A stretch of 39,685 nucleotides of DNA from Deltaproteobacteria bacterium (GCA_034670305.1 JAXMNT010000064.1:1-39685); one strand, 5' to 3'. Shown: positions 8,664 to 20,500, counted from the stretch's first letter. Notes: generated by a model from the letters alone, not told the origin. Numbers and translations are program-made.

Positions 8664-9650
8664 TTAAAGATGGGCGCGGGCGATGTCGGCCCAGCTGCCG
8701 TGGGGCTGCAGCTCGAGGTAGATCTTCCAGTGGGCGCGTGCTTCGTCGTGTTCTCCGAGAGAGACCAGCGCGGCGGCGTAGTGGAAGTGCGCGTCCGCGA
8801 ACCCGGGATCGGAACGGATCGCGGCCTGAAAGAACTCGATCGCCTCGGCTGCGCGGCCGTGCTCCACATGGATGAAGCCGAGGTTGTAGAGGGCCTCGGG
8901 CTGCTCCGGGTCGAGCCGCAGTGCCTGATGGTAGAGCGCGCGTGCCTCCGCCTCGCGCCCCTGCCGGTAGCGGAGGTTGCCGAGGTTGGTCAGCGCATTC
9001 GTCAACGTCGGGTCGAGGCGCAGGGCCTCTCGGTAGGCGGCCTCTGCATCTGCGAACGTCGCTTCGTCTTCGTCGAGCCGACAGCCTTCCAGGTAGAAGT
9101 CGTAGGCGGTGCGGCGGTCTTCTTCGGTCGGCTCGGCGCGGAGCTTTTTGACGACGTCGTCGCGCAGGGTCCCCACCGAGAAGTCCAAGACGAGCTGACC
9201 GGTGGTGGCTTCGAAGGTGGTCTCTTCGTCGCGGACCAGCATCGCGTGGCCTTCGGCGACCACCCGCAGCTCGCTCAAGGGACGCACCACCCGCGGCAGC
9301 GCTGCGCGGATCGCCTCGACGGACCGACGGACCTCTTGGAGCGCGAGTCCGGCGTCGAGGAGACCCTTGGCGGCCCGCACCCCGATCAAGTCTTGGAAGG
9401 TGTAGAAGCGACGACGCCCCCGTCGCGCGGAGGGCTCCAGGAACCCGGTCTTGTCCCAGTAGCGAAGTCGGGACTCTTTGAGACCGAAGAGGCGGGAGAC
9501 CTCGGCGCGAGAGTAGAGCTCCGTGAGCGGGTCGCCGGCGACCGGGGGCGAGGCCTCCAGAATCGGCGGCGGCTCCGAACGCGTCACGATTCGATGGCCG
9601 CCGTCGGCGCCAAAGACCACGTGAATGACGTTGTCCTCTTCTTCGGTCAT
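8664..9650 (-). CDS. MerR-type HTH plus TPR protein
   Basis: YSRAEVSRLFGLKESRLRYWDKTGFLEPS...RRFYTFQDL is a MerR HTH. It is followed by TPRs (AEAAYREALRLDP, ALYHQALRLDPEQPEALYNLG). The ATG at 9650 overlaps the upstream stop (ATGA). Confidence 0.9.
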   Translation of the reverse strand: MTEEEDNVIHVVFGADGGHRIVTRSEPPPILEASPPVAGDPLTELYSRAEVSRLFGLKESRLRYWDKTGFLEPSARRGRRRFYTFQDLIGVRAAKGLLDAGLALQEVRRSVEAIRAALPRVVRPLSELRVVAEGHAMLVRDEETTFEATTGQLVLDFSVGTLRDDVVKKLRAEPTEEDRRTAYDFYLEGCRLDEDEATFADAEAAYREALRLDPTLTNALTNLGNLRYRQGREAEARALYHQALRLDPEQPEALYNLGFIHVEHGRAAEAIEFFQAAIRSDPGFADAHFHYAAALVSLGEHDEARAHWKIYLELQPHGSWADIARAHL

Positions 9651-10111
9651 CGCCGGGTCTGGGCTTCCCGCGCGAGAAGCGGCGCTTCGACGTCCACGTC
9701 GATGTGGATCGCGCCATCCACCAGCACGACGCGGGTCTCCACCAGCGGCAACCCGAAGCACCGGTCGGGGTGGCGGCTCGTCGCGTCGGCGCAGGCGAGT
9801 CGCATGCACCGCAGGCGCGCGCGGACCGAACCGGCCATCGCTTCGACGATGCGCTCGCCCTGGACGGGGCCGCGCCATTGAGTGGCCAGCCGTTCGAGGT
9901 CGATGGTCAGCATGGTGCTACCGAAATAGGTATCCCCGTCTGCGCCCTCGCGCACGGATCCTTCCGTCATTCGTTTGGCGACTGCGAAGATCGTCTCTTC
10001 GGCGTGCCGGGTGAGGACGCACTGCGGCCGCGCGATTCGTTGGGGCAGGCGGGCGCGCCGCGCTTTGGCGAGGCCGGGGCCGACGGGGCGCGCGGGGGCA
10101 GCGGAAGTCAT
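9647..10111 (-). CDS. Hypothetical protein, translationally coupled to the MerR-TPR gene
   Basis: Globular-looking ORF (TYFGSTMLTIDL, AIHIDVDVEAPL) whose stop overlaps the next ATG. Confidence 0.7.
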   Translation of the reverse strand: MTSAAPARPVGPGLAKARRARLPQRIARPQCVLTRHAEETIFAVAKRMTEGSVREGADGDTYFGSTMLTIDLERLATQWRGPVQGERIVEAMAGSVRARLRCMRLACADATSRHPDRCFGLPLVETRVVLVDGAIHIDVDVEAPLLAREAQTRR

Positions 10112-10230
10112 CGAAACGATCGTAACGGGCCGGAGCACGGGCCCTCCACTTTCGCGCGCGCTGGCCGATCGGTGCACAGCTGGAGCCGCGAGCGGCTGCG
10201 CAGGTCGATGGGATCGGGTAGAGGGTGCGG

Positions 10231-10893
10231 ATGGAGCCGATCGGAAGACACCCCCTCGCGACGAGACCCCTGGCCCTGCTGGCGGACGTGCATGGGAACC
10301 TGCCGGCGCTCGAAGCGGCGCTGCGCGAGATCAAACCCCACGGGGTGGGCACGATCATCGTTGCGGGCGACCTGGTCTTCGGGGGAGAGCAGCCGCTCGA
10401 GGTGTGGCGGCTTTTGGAACAGGTCGGTGCGAAGTGCATCCGCGGTTTGAGCGACACGGCGCTCGTGTCCTTGCGTCCCGAAGAGATGAAACCGGCCGAT
10501 GAAGAAGAACAAGCCCGGCTGGATCTCTTCCAACACACGCGCGCCGCGCTCGGGGATCTGGTGCTCGAACGGATTCGGCGTCTGCCGCTGAGCCTCCGGC
10601 TGCCCTTGATCGACGGGAGCGAACTGCTCGTCGTGCACGGTTCGCCCGCGGACCCGATGTCCGACATCACCCCGTCGATGAGCGACGACGAGATCGAGGC
10701 GGCGACGGACGACCCGGCCGACATCGTGGCGTGCGGCGGCGGACACATTCCGTTCATGCGGGTGCTCGAGATGAACCGCGTGGTGGGTCTCGGTGCGGTG
10801 GGCATGGCGCCGGAGGGGCGCGTGGCCCACTTCATGGTGCTGCGTCCCCGCATGGACGGCGCCGAAGTGTTCTTCGACCACGCCGAATACTAG
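10231..10893 (+). CDS. Calcineurin-like metallophosphoesterase (YfcE-like) with degenerate metal-binding motifs
   Basis: LADVHGN, AGDLV and VHGSP are present. The expected GNH/TD reads GLSD and the expected GHTH reads GGGH. Confidence 0.85.
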   Translation: MEPIGRHPLATRPLALLADVHGNLPALEAALREIKPHGVGTIIVAGDLVFGGEQPLEVWRLLEQVGAKCIRGLSDTALVSLRPEEMKPADEEEQARLDLFQHTRAALGDLVLERIRRLPLSLRLPLIDGSELLVVHGSPADPMSDITPSMSDDEIEAATDDPADIVACGGGHIPFMRVLEMNRVVGLGAVGMAPEGRVAHFMVLRPRMDGAEVFFDHAEY

Positions 10894-11429
10894 ATCTCGC
10901 CGCGACGCAGCTCGCGATACATGGCGAGGCTCTCCCTCAGGAGGACCAAGGTCGCCTCCTTGTCGATGAAGTCGTCCACGATCACTTCCTTCTGCTCGAG
11001 CACCTTGTAGTCCTCGAAGAACCGCCGGATCTCGCGGAGCGTGTGTTTCGGGAGGTCCGACAGCTGGCGGACATCCGCGAACTGGGGGTCGCGTGCGCTC
11101 ACCGCGATGACTTTGTCGTCGACACCCTTGTCGTCGCGCATGCGCATGCAGGCGACGGGACGCGCGGCGACGATCGTCAGCGGATGGACGGGCTCTTGGC
11201 TCAGCACCAGCACATCGAGCGGGTCGCCGTCGTCGCAGTAACTGCGAGGCACGAAGCCGTAGTCCGCGGGGTAGTGCACGGCGCTGTAGAGCACCCGGTC
11301 GAGTCGCAACAGCCCAGTCGGCTTGTCCAGCTCGTACTTGTTCTTGCTCCCCTTCGGGACTTCGATGATGACGGGGCACTCGTGTTCGAGCAGCTCCTCG
11401 TCGATGTAGGGATCGTGCCAGGGGTGCAT
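10890..11429 (-). CDS. ppa: Inorganic pyrophosphatase (family I)
   Basis: Motifs IEVPKGSKNKYE, LDRVLYS..HYP.DYGF, DGDPLDVLV, DDKVIAV and FFEDYK. Confidence 0.96.
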   Translation of the reverse strand: MHPWHDPYIDEELLEHECPVIIEVPKGSKNKYELDKPTGLLRLDRVLYSAVHYPADYGFVPRSYCDDGDPLDVLVLSQEPVHPLTIVAARPVACMRMRDDKGVDDKVIAVSARDPQFADVRQLSDLPKHTLREIRRFFEDYKVLEQKEVIVDDFIDKEATLVLLRESLAMYRELRRGEI

Positions 11430-11475
11430 AGGGGTCTTAACTACGCCGGCGGCGTCCGAGGCGCACGGCGAGGAC

Positions 11476-12744
11476 CTACTGAGCCAAGGCGAGCGGGCGG
11501 CGCACGATCTCGACCTGCTGGACGTGGCGTTCGTCGGCTTCGAGGATGCGTAGATCGAAGGCGCCGGACGAGATCTGTTCTCCGACCGCCGGTACGCGAC
11601 CGGCCAGTTCGACGATCATGCCTCCGAGTGAGTCGTAGCTCCCGCTCGTCTCGGCCAGGGGCTCTCCGATGATCTCGGCCAAATCGTGGACGGAGATGGT
11701 CGCGTCGGCGATGTAGTGACCCGGCGCGCGTTCGGACACCCGCTTGGTTTCGTCGTCGTGTTCGTCTTCGATCTCTCCGACGATCTCCTCGAGAATGTCC
11801 TCGAGGGTCACGAGCCCCGCGACGCCTCCGAACTCGTCGACCACGACCCCCAGATGGAACCGGTGCGTCTGCATCTCGCGGAGCACGGCCCCGATCTTTC
11901 GAACTTCTGGGATGAAGGCGATCGGCGTGCGGATCAGGGATTCGAGGTCTGGGTCGGTCTTGCCGTCTCGGAGAACTCGGAAGAGATCCTTCGCGTAGAG
12001 CAGCCCTTCGACCTGGTCGACGTTCTCCCGATACACCGGGTACCGGCTGTGCCCCGTCTCCTCGATGCGCTCGATGACCTGCTCGAGCGGTGTGGTCATC
12101 TCGAAGGAGACCATCTGGGTGCGCGGCACCATCACCTCCCGGGCGATGGTGTCTTCGAACTCGAGCACGCTGCGCAGCATCGCGGCGTGTTCTTCGGGCA
12201 GCGCGCCCTCTTCTTCGCCCTTCTCGATCATGTGTTCGATGGCGCGGGTCTGAATGTCGGCGTCCTCGGCCGGAGACGGGACCAGCTTGGCCGCGAGGCG
12301 GCCCACGATCTCGAGCGGCGCGGCGATCGGAGCCATCAACAGCTCGAGCACCCGGACGGCGCGAAGCAGTCGGAGCTGACCGAGCGGACCACGCGCCGCC
12401 ATGATCGCGGTCCCGATCTGCGCGATGAGCCCGTACACGAGCGCCGCGAGTGTGCTGCCCGCGAGCGCCATCCAAAAGGACCCATCGCGAACGAACAACA
12501 CCGCGATGCTGGCGGCTGCGGTCGACAGAGAGAGCACGCGCCCTACCAGAAGCCGCGCGCGGATGCCGTCGCGGAACTGACGGGTCCGGAGTGCTTCGCG
12601 TGCGAGGGCGCCCGTGCCTTCGGACACGGCCCCCAAGCGGGCTTCGGTCAGTGCGGTCAGCGCAGCGTTGGCACTCGCGTACAGGGCTGCCAAGAGGATC
12701 GATCCCCCGGCAATCCCTAGAACATTCAAACTTGGTGTGTCCAA
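11476..12744 (-). CDS. Hemolysin-family CNNM/CBS/CorC membrane protein
   Basis: N-terminal TM helices, then REVMVPRTQM, GHSRYPVY, VVDEFGGVAGLVTLEDILEEIVGEIEDEHD and a CorC_HlyC C-terminus. TTG start. Confidence 0.92.
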   Translation of the reverse strand: MDTPSLNVLGIAGGSILLAALYASANAALTALTEARLGAVSEGTGALAREALRTRQFRDGIRARLLVGRVLSLSTAAASIAVLFVRDGSFWMALAGSTLAALVYGLIAQIGTAIMAARGPLGQLRLLRAVRVLELLMAPIAAPLEIVGRLAAKLVPSPAEDADIQTRAIEHMIEKGEEEGALPEEHAAMLRSVLEFEDTIAREVMVPRTQMVSFEMTTPLEQVIERIEETGHSRYPVYRENVDQVEGLLYAKDLFRVLRDGKTDPDLESLIRTPIAFIPEVRKIGAVLREMQTHRFHLGVVVDEFGGVAGLVTLEDILEEIVGEIEDEHDDETKRVSERAPGHYIADATISVHDLAEIIGEPLAETSGSYDSLGGMIVELAGRVPAVGEQISSGAFDLRILEADERHVQQVEIVRRPLALAQ

Positions 12745-12788
12745 ACTGTTTCGACCTGCGGACTTTCAACCGGCCTGCAACGCACGAA

Positions 12789-12874
12789 GCCCTCCCGCTC
12801 CATCTGGCGGCCGGCGTCCCCCCGCAAGGGTAGCAGGACCCACCGGGGACGGACCAGCCGCCGCGAGCGAGGGC
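12789..12874. other. Long imperfect hairpin immediately downstream of the argG stop
   Basis: Nested stems GCCCTC/GAGGGC, GCTC/GAGC, GGCGGCCGG/CCAGCCGCC, CGTCCCC/GGGGACG and GGGT/ACCC. Confidence 0.5.
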
Positions 12875-12876
12875 AG

Positions 12877-14085
<1,209 letters not shown>

Positions 14086-14155
14086 GCGGGCGAGCCTAGC
14101 CAAAATCGCCGGCCGCGCGAGCCGACGGCACGGCTTGGACTCCGCCCCAGTCTTC

Positions 14156-17100
14156 TCAGTCTTCGGGCGGCGGCGGAGGCAACGACCGGGCACGCGGAGG
14201 TTCGATCTCCTCCGGCTCGAGCTCTTCGAAGTCGAGCAGCTCGGCATCCAGTTCTTCGATCGAGTCCTCGCCCAGCATCTCGGCGTCCGCGAGATCCTGC
14301 GAGTCGCTCTCCGCCTCGAGCAGCTCCACGTCCATGCCGTCCAGCGAGAGCACGTCTTCGTACTCTTCGGCTTCTGCGTCGTCGGGCGCGTCGTCGGACA
14401 GCAAGCGCTCTTCCACCACGTCTGGATCGAGGTCGAGGGTTCCCTCGTCCCTGAAATCCGAAGCGGGCGGTGGCACCGACTCGAAGGGGCTCTCCTCCGC
14501 AGGCGGTTCGGCGAGCTCGTCGTCTCCGAGCAGCTGGACGACCCCGCCTTCGTTGGTGTCCCCCGGGTCCGTGAACGACCCGAGTTCCGAGATGTCGGCC
14601 ACGACGTCCGCCCCGGCAAGCAGGGTGGGTTCGAAGGCGATGCCACCTTCCGGCATCTCCACCACTGGCGGAAACTCTTCGTCCAGCGAGGGGGCGCCCT
14701 CCGCGAGCGTGTGCCCATCGATGAACCCGGCGGAGGGCGCGGAGGCCAACGCTTCGTCGACCGATCCTTCGGACCCGCCTTCGTACGCGGTCTCGTCGTC
14801 GAACGACCCGCCGCCCGCCAGGAGGACATCCACCGGCGACTCGCTGCGGTCGGGTCCCCGGGTCTCGTCGAGTTCGTCGTCGTGAAAGGGTGCGTCGCCA
14901 GCGGGGTCTTGGTCGGCCTCGGACTGGATCGGGGCGTCCGAGTCGAGCCCGTTGCGTTCCGACTGGACAGCGTCGTCTTCGACCGACTCGAGCGCGTCGT
15001 CTTCCACCGAGTCGAGCATCTGGTCTTCGATCGAGTCGAGCGCCGAGAGTGGAAGGTCTTCGGTGGGAAGGTCGTGCGCGGCCGACGACGGACCGAGCAG
15101 GGGCTCGTCCAAGAGCGGCTCGTCCAGAAGCGGATCCTCGCCGTCGTCCCCGTCGGCTTTGGTGTTGAGCCGGGTGATGGCTGCCGTGGCTTCCGGGTCG
15201 TCGGGGAACTGCTTCAGGATCTTCTTCTGGGCGTCGATCGCTTCCCATTTGTTCTTGAGGTCGCGCTCCCAGACGATCGCCACCGCCCGCATCAGCTGGA
15301 GCCGGCGGGCGTCGTCCTTGGCCCGGCGGATCTCGCGGTCGAGTGCGATGAGCAGGTCCTGGTGTTTGCCCGACTTGCGCAGACACTCGATCAGGTGGTC
15401 CGCCGCTTCGTGGTCGTCCTTCGACACGGAGATGAGCTGGCGGAACACATCCGCCGCTTCGTTGTACTTCTGGAGCACTTCCTCGAGCAGGCGGCCGCGA
15501 CGGCGCAACAGTTCGGCGGCCGTGGTCGAGTCGAGCGCTTCTTCGATGAGGTGCTCGAGGTGCCGGTCCAGTTCCGCCGCTCGGTTCTGTCGGCTGGAGA
15601 TCGCCTCGAGCGCGTCGAGGACATGCGGCACCGCCGCCAACTCGGATGCGCCGCGGACAGCCGCGAAGGCTTCCTCCGGGTCGGTCAGAACCTCTTCCAG
15701 CAGACGCGCCGCGCGCAGCAGCAGGTCGGCTCCGGCCCGCGGGTTGTCTTCGGAGTCGCTGGCGATGGCGCGGTACAGCCCGATCAAGGATCGGGTGGCG
15801 TCCCGGTTGCCGAGTTCCGGACGATCCTGGTCCATCGCATCGACGGCCTCTTCGACCGAGGGCGCGAGTTCGGGGCTTCGCACCGTGAGCGCCACCGCCT
15901 GCGCGATGTACTGAAACGAGCGCTCTCGATCCCGCAGCCCGTGGTCGCACAAGCGCGCACCACGGAGGAGGGCGTCCACCCGGGACGTGTCGGTGTCGGC
16001 CTTGCTCTTGCGGATGTCGTAGACGTGCAGCAGTTCGTCGCCGCGGCCGGCGCGCGGTGCGAGCTCCTCGGCCACTTCCAGCACCGAGTCGTCGTCCGGC
16101 ACGAGGGCGCACGCACGAAACACGCGGTCGAGTGCTTCGCTGGGTTCGCCGGCGACTTCGTCGAGCAGTTTGGCGTGGCGAAGCAGGAGCTTCACCTTGG
16201 CCGCGACGGTCTCCACGCTCCGGAGCAACCGTTCGTAGACTTGGGCAAGCCGCTGGTACGCCCCCGCGGCGCCCGCCAGTCGCTCGACCTGCGCGAGCAT
16301 GGTCTCGTCGGCGAGGTCGGTGGCGTAGGCGCGCAGCATGGCCTCGAGGGCGCGGACCGGATCCCCTAGCGGGCCTTCGAACAGGGTCGCGGCGTCGGAC
16401 CATCGGATGCGGATCGTGTCGGGATCCTCGGTGGACTTCGCGAGCCGGCAGAAGAGCTCCGCGAGCTGTTCGTGCTGCCCGTGGGTCTCTGCGATCTCCC
16501 GCAACATCCGGTCCGCTTCCGGGTCGACCAGGATCCGCGGCTCGAGCCTCGACCAAGCCCCCGCCGCGTCATCGAGTTTGGAGGCGGCGATCTCTGCCGC
16601 ACGGCGCGTGGCGGTGCCGGCCCGTTCGGGTTCCGACGTCAGCTGCGCGATGCCGTCTAGGATCTGGACCAGTTCGGTGTAGCGCTCGGTGGTCTCGAGC
16701 CGGGCCGCCGAGCGCTCGCGCGGTTCGAGCTCGTTCGGTTCGGCCTCGATCCACGCGTAGAGCGCGAGCAGGGCGCGGTCGGTGTCTTCCAGGTCGCCTT
16801 CGTAGAGATCGGCGAGTTTCATCGCGACGGGGAGGCGAAGTCCTGGGTCTTCGAGGAGCGCCAGCTGCAACTCGAGCGCGTCCGCGAACCCAGCGTTGTC
16901 GTTCATCGACTCGCAGTAGGTCGCGAGCTTCTGCATCGCGCCGAGGTGCTGCGGGTCCAGCTGGAGCACGACGCTGCGAAGGGCGGCGACCGCTTCTTCG
17001 GTTCGGTCGGCTGCGTGAAGTAGTTCCGCGCGCTCGAGTCCGAGGTCGCGGCGTTCCGTGTCGTCTGCGACGACGTCGATCAGCCGGTCGAGCAAGGACT

Positions 17101-19546
17101 CGAGTTCTGGATCGGTGGACAGGCGTGCTCGATCGGAGAGCGCGCGCAGCGCTTCTTCGTCTTCCCCGGCATCGAGGACCTTGGTCCAGGCTTCGGCCGC
17201 GGCATCGGGGTTGCCGACCCGCTCGGCCAAGGTGCGCGCGATGCGGCGGTAGAGCTCCGCCTGCGCGGTCGGGTTCTCCTCGAGTTTGGCCCGCTCCCGC
17301 AGCAGTACGACGAGGTCTTTGAAACGTTCTCCGCGGTCGTAGACGCTGCAGAGCGCGTCGAGCACATCGACCCGGTCCGGCGCGAGATCGAGCGCTTGCT
17401 GGTAGTACTCGGCGGCCCGGCCCAAATCGTCGAGCCGTTCGTCTGCGATGCGGCCGATGCGCACGAGGATGTCCGGTCGCTGCTCGACGCCCACGACCTC
17501 GGCGCGGTACGCGAGGGTCTCCAGCAGGCGCACCGTGTTGTCGGAGCGCGTGTCGATGCGCTCCATGCGGTCGAGCGCGGAGAGGTTCGCGGGATCGTCG
17601 TCCAGCAATTGGGTCGAGGCGGTGAACGCGCGTTCGTCGTCGCCGAGCCTGGCCTCGAACGTGCTCGCCAACATCTCGAGCAGCCGGATGCGCTCTTGTT
17701 GATCGGTGGTGTCTTCGATTCGTTCCTGCAACAGCGGGACCGCTTCGCGGACGTCTTCGGTCAGCAGGAGCGCATCGCAGAGCGCGTTGCGCGCCTCCTG
17801 GTCGTTCGGTCGGAGTTGACGCACGGCCCGAAGCGCCCCGAGTGCGGCATCGAAGTCTTCGCGCTGGTCTCGATGCACCGAGGCGAGCTTGAGCAGGAAC
17901 GCCACCTTGGCGTCGGGGTCCGTCTCGGTGATCGCCTGCCGGTCGAGCACTTGGACGAGTTCGTCCCACTGCTCGGTCTGCTCGAGGAGCCGGGCGAGCG
18001 ATTTCTGCGCATCCGTGTCGGTCGGATCGACCGCCACCACCGCGCGCCATGCGCCGATCGCACCAGGGATGTCTTCGAGCTTCTCTTCGCTCAAGACCGC
18101 GACGTCGGTCAGGCGCCGCCGCCGAACCTCGGGTGAGACCCCAGGCACCCGAGACGCTTCCATCATCAAATCGCGAAGGGAGTGGTCGTCGTTGCGTTTG
18201 CGGTACTCGGTTTCGAGGAAGCCGAGCGCCTCGGGGTCGCCCGGTTCGATCGCCAGGATCTCGTGTGCGCGCTGCATCGCGCTGTCGACGTCGCCGGTCT
18301 TGACGAGCGCGTCGACGATGTCCCGAAGGCGCGGGAGACGCCGCTCCGGCGGGAGGCCTGCCACCGCGATGCCGAGCGCGCGGGTGGCGTCGTCGTCGCG
18401 GCCACGGGCCCGCAGCAGTTCGATGAGCGCTTCGGCGACCTCGGCATCGCCGAGATCGAGCATCGGTTCGAGACAGACCAGCGCGTCGTCTTCTTGGCCC
18501 GCCTCCAAGTAGGCGAACCCGAGTTGTTTGCGGCGGGCGGGGGCACCGGGTGCGTCCGGCGCGGCTTGCAGGTAGCCCACCCAACGAATGGGCAGCAGAT
18601 CCTCGCGGACCTGCTCACGGGCCAAGTGTTCCAAGAGTTCGAGCGCGCCGTCGTGGGCGGGCACCGCATCCAGTGCGGTCTCGCAGTACGCCATGGCGTG
18701 TTCGGGCGGTACGCCTTGGGCGAGCTGGTACATCAGGTCGGCCGCGCGGCTGCGCTCTTGGTCGGCGGCTGGGCCGGTGCCGCGTTGATCGGCGCGCTGC
18801 AGGAGCATCGTCGCGAGCTCGTGCATCACCGCGAGGTCGCCGGGCTTCTGTTCGAGCGCGCGACCGAGGGCGTCGATGCCCCCGTGCAGGTCGTTGAGTT
18901 CGCCCGCGCGCATGTGCGCGAGTTCCCGGAGGAGCACCACGCGGCGTTCGAGGTCTGGCTCCGCTTTGATTTCGAGTGCGAAGAGGGTGGCGGCGGCTTT
19001 CGGGTTGCCAGCGGCCCGGTAGATCTCACGCGCCGCATAGATGGCCGGCACCAACGTCGGGTCGGCTTCGAACGCTTTGCGGTAATGGGCGATGGCGCGG
19101 TCGGGACGTTGGAACGTGACCTCGTAGAGTTGTCCGAGCCGGAACTCGACCGCGGCCAGTGCCATCTTGTCGCCGCTGCGGGCGAGAATGGCGGAGCGCC
19201 GCTGGAGGTGATCGAGCAAGCGGTTGGTGTCGCCGCTGCGTTCGATGACGTCGGTGATGAGCGTGCTGGCCTGGGCGTTGGCGGGGTCGCGCTCGAGGGC
19301 GCGCTCGAGCAGGGCCATCGCCCGCGCGGTGTCGCCGAGGTAGTGAAGGGTGAGCTCCGCGGCTTCCACGAACGCCGCCGCCGCCGCGTGCGGCTGGGTG
19401 GCGCGCTTGGCCCATCCTTCGAGCAGGTTGGCCAAGGATGCCCAATCCTGGATCTGGCTGTAGTGGTGCCTCAGCGCGTCAAACGCTTCGAGGTCGTCCG
19501 GATGCTGACGCAGCCGAGCGATGAGGTCCTGCGCCACCGGGTCCAA
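14156..19546 (-). CDS. Giant TPR-repeat protein (AgmK/Glt-like gliding-motility type) with a long acidic C-terminal tail
   Basis: 1796 aa with many repeats such as [26 protein letters not shown] and [18 protein letters not shown]. The last ~300 aa are D/E-rich and low complexity. Confidence 0.85.
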   Translation of the reverse strand: MDPVAQDLIARLRQHPDDLEAFDALRHHYSQIQDWASLANLLEGWAKRATQPHAAAAAFVEAAELTLHYLGDTARAMALLERALERDPANAQASTLITDVIERSGDTNRLLDHLQRRSAILARSGDKMALAAVEFRLGQLYEVTFQRPDRAIAHYRKAFEADPTLVPAIYAAREIYRAAGNPKAAATLFALEIKAEPDLERRVVLLRELAHMRAGELNDLHGGIDALGRALEQKPGDLAVMHELATMLLQRADQRGTGPAADQERSRAADLMYQLAQGVPPEHAMAYCETALDAVPAHDGALELLEHLAREQVREDLLPIRWVGYLQAAPDAPGAPARRKQLGFAYLEAGQEDDALVCLEPMLDLGDAEVAEALIELLRARGRDDDATRALGIAVAGLPPERRLPRLRDIVDALVKTGDVDSAMQRAHEILAIEPGDPEALGFLETEYRKRNDDHSLRDLMMEASRVPGVSPEVRRRRLTDVAVLSEEKLEDIPGAIGAWRAVVAVDPTDTDAQKSLARLLEQTEQWDELVQVLDRQAITETDPDAKVAFLLKLASVHRDQREDFDAALGALRAVRQLRPNDQEARNALCDALLLTEDVREAVPLLQERIEDTTDQQERIRLLEMLASTFEARLGDDERAFTASTQLLDDDPANLSALDRMERIDTRSDNTVRLLETLAYRAEVVGVEQRPDILVRIGRIADERLDDLGRAAEYYQQALDLAPDRVDVLDALCSVYDRGERFKDLVVLLRERAKLEENPTAQAELYRRIARTLAERVGNPDAAAEAWTKVLDAGEDEEALRALSDRARLSTDPELESLLDRLIDVVADDTERRDLGLERAELLHAADRTEEAVAALRSVVLQLDPQHLGAMQKLATYCESMNDNAGFADALELQLALLEDPGLRLPVAMKLADLYEGDLEDTDRALLALYAWIEAEPNELEPRERSAARLETTERYTELVQILDGIAQLTSEPERAGTATRRAAEIAASKLDDAAGAWSRLEPRILVDPEADRMLREIAETHGQHEQLAELFCRLAKSTEDPDTIRIRWSDAATLFEGPLGDPVRALEAMLRAYATDLADETMLAQVERLAGAAGAYQRLAQVYERLLRSVETVAAKVKLLLRHAKLLDEVAGEPSEALDRVFRACALVPDDDSVLEVAEELAPRAGRGDELLHVYDIRKSKADTDTSRVDALLRGARLCDHGLRDRERSFQYIAQAVALTVRSPELAPSVEEAVDAMDQDRPELGNRDATRSLIGLYRAIASDSEDNPRAGADLLLRAARLLEEVLTDPEEAFAAVRGASELAAVPHVLDALEAISSRQNRAAELDRHLEHLIEEALDSTTAAELLRRRGRLLEEVLQKYNEAADVFRQLISVSKDDHEAADHLIECLRKSGKHQDLLIALDREIRRAKDDARRLQLMRAVAIVWERDLKNKWEAIDAQKKILKQFPDDPEATAAITRLNTKADGDDGEDPLLDEPLLDEPLLGPSSAAHDLPTEDLPLSALDSIEDQMLDSVEDDALESVEDDAVQSERNGLDSDAPIQSEADQDPAGDAPFHDDELDETRGPDRSESPVDVLLAGGGSFDDETAYEGGSEGSVDEALASAPSAGFIDGHTLAEGAPSLDEEFPPVVEMPEGGIAFEPTLLAGADVVADISELGSFTDPGDTNEGGVVQLLGDDELAEPPAEESPFESVPPPASDFRDEGTLDLDPDVVEERLLSDDAPDDAEAEEYEDVLSLDGMDVELLEAESDSQDLADAEMLGEDSIEELDAELLDFEELEPEEIEPPRARSLPPPPPED

Positions 19547-19635
19547 TGCCCGGGCACGCTACCACCGCGCGCACCCGCCGGAAACTCCGAAGTACGGGGG
19601 TCGAACCGGGACGTCCTCCGGGCTATAGAGGCCCC

Positions 19636-20214
19636 GTGAGCAGCGATCCCTTCCACCGTCTCTTGGAACTCTGGCAGGCCGCGCGGGCCGCGTGCCGCGA
19701 GGACGCCGACCGCGTCGCCCTGGCCACGGCCGACGCCCGGGGGCGGCCCTCGGTCCGGTACGTGCTGTTGCGCGAGCACACCGAGACCGGGCTCGTCTTC
19801 TTCACCAACTACGGAAGCCGAAAGTCCGTCGAACTCGAGGCCAACCCCCATGCGGCGCTCGCGCTGCATTGGTGGGAGACCGGGGTCCAGCTCCGAGTCG
19901 AGGGGCCGGTCCGGCGCGCCGCACCCGAACTCAGCGACGCCTACTTCGCGAAGCGTGCGCGGGGCTCTCAGATCGGCGCCTGGGCATCGGAACAGAGCCG
20001 TCCGCTCCCGTCTCCGGAGCTGCTGTCCGACCGCACCAAGGCACTCGAGTCGAAGTTCGAAGGCCAGCCGGTGCCGCGCCCAGAGGGGTGGGGAGGCTAC
20101 GAACTCACGCCCGATCTCATCGAGCTCTGGTTCAACCGCGACAACCGCCTCCACGAGCGCGAGCAGTTCACCCGCACCGGCGGCCAATGGGTCCGCGTCC
20201 CACTTCAGCCCTAA
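19636..20214 (+). CDS. pdxH: Pyridoxine/pyridoxamine 5'-phosphate oxidase
   Basis: Motifs ALATAD..GRPSVR.VLL, FFTNYGSRK, YF..R.RGSQIGAWASEQS, PRPEGWGGY and RLHER. The GTG start has TATAGA 6 nt upstream. Confidence 0.95.
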   Translation: MSSDPFHRLLELWQAARAACREDADRVALATADARGRPSVRYVLLREHTETGLVFFTNYGSRKSVELEANPHAALALHWWETGVQLRVEGPVRRAAPELSDAYFAKRARGSQIGAWASEQSRPLPSPELLSDRTKALESKFEGQPVPRPEGWGGYELTPDLIELWFNRDNRLHEREQFTRTGGQWVRVPLQP

Positions 20215-20500
20215 CAGGCTGCTGAAGAACGCCCGCAGGGCGTTCTCGCAGCCTGCCCCTTGCCCCTGCCCTTGCCTTTGCCCTTGCCCGCGGATCGAGC
20301 GGTCAGATCGCTTGATCAGCGCGACGAGCATCGCGACGACCTGCTCGAGGTGGGCGAGAGCCCGTTCGATATTTCTTGGGGGCACAGCCCCCAAACCCCG
20401 TCCCGGTGACACCGCTGGCTCGCTTCGCGAGGCTGCACGCTGTCGTATCGGGCCTCGATGCCTCGGCCCGACGGTCCGTGATTTCAAGCCAGGCCCGTAG
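20211..20500. mobile_element. Non-autonomous mosaic element between convergent genes
   Basis: In order: IS-end-like CTAACAGGCTGCTGAAGAA hairpin (20215-20255), CTTGCC-type tract (20252-20292), four-helix-bundle gene scrap (20311-20370), TTGGGGGC/GCCCCCAA hairpin (20376-20394), and the dispersed repeat (20415-20498) shared with 1-68, 8511-8543 and 28947-28981. Confidence 0.7.
20311..20370 (-). pseudogene. C-terminal helix fragment of a four-helix-bundle protein gene
   Basis: The minus strand gives IERALAHLEQVVAMLVALIK, resembling the terminal helix (L..IVAML..LI) of this family, and runs into GGCAAG repeats. Confidence 0.55.

Noticed and set aside
12820-12840. SRP (4.5S) RNA, suggested by CCCGCAAGGGTAGCAG
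   Set aside because: The 5' CAGG side of the conserved SRP domain IV internal loop is missing.
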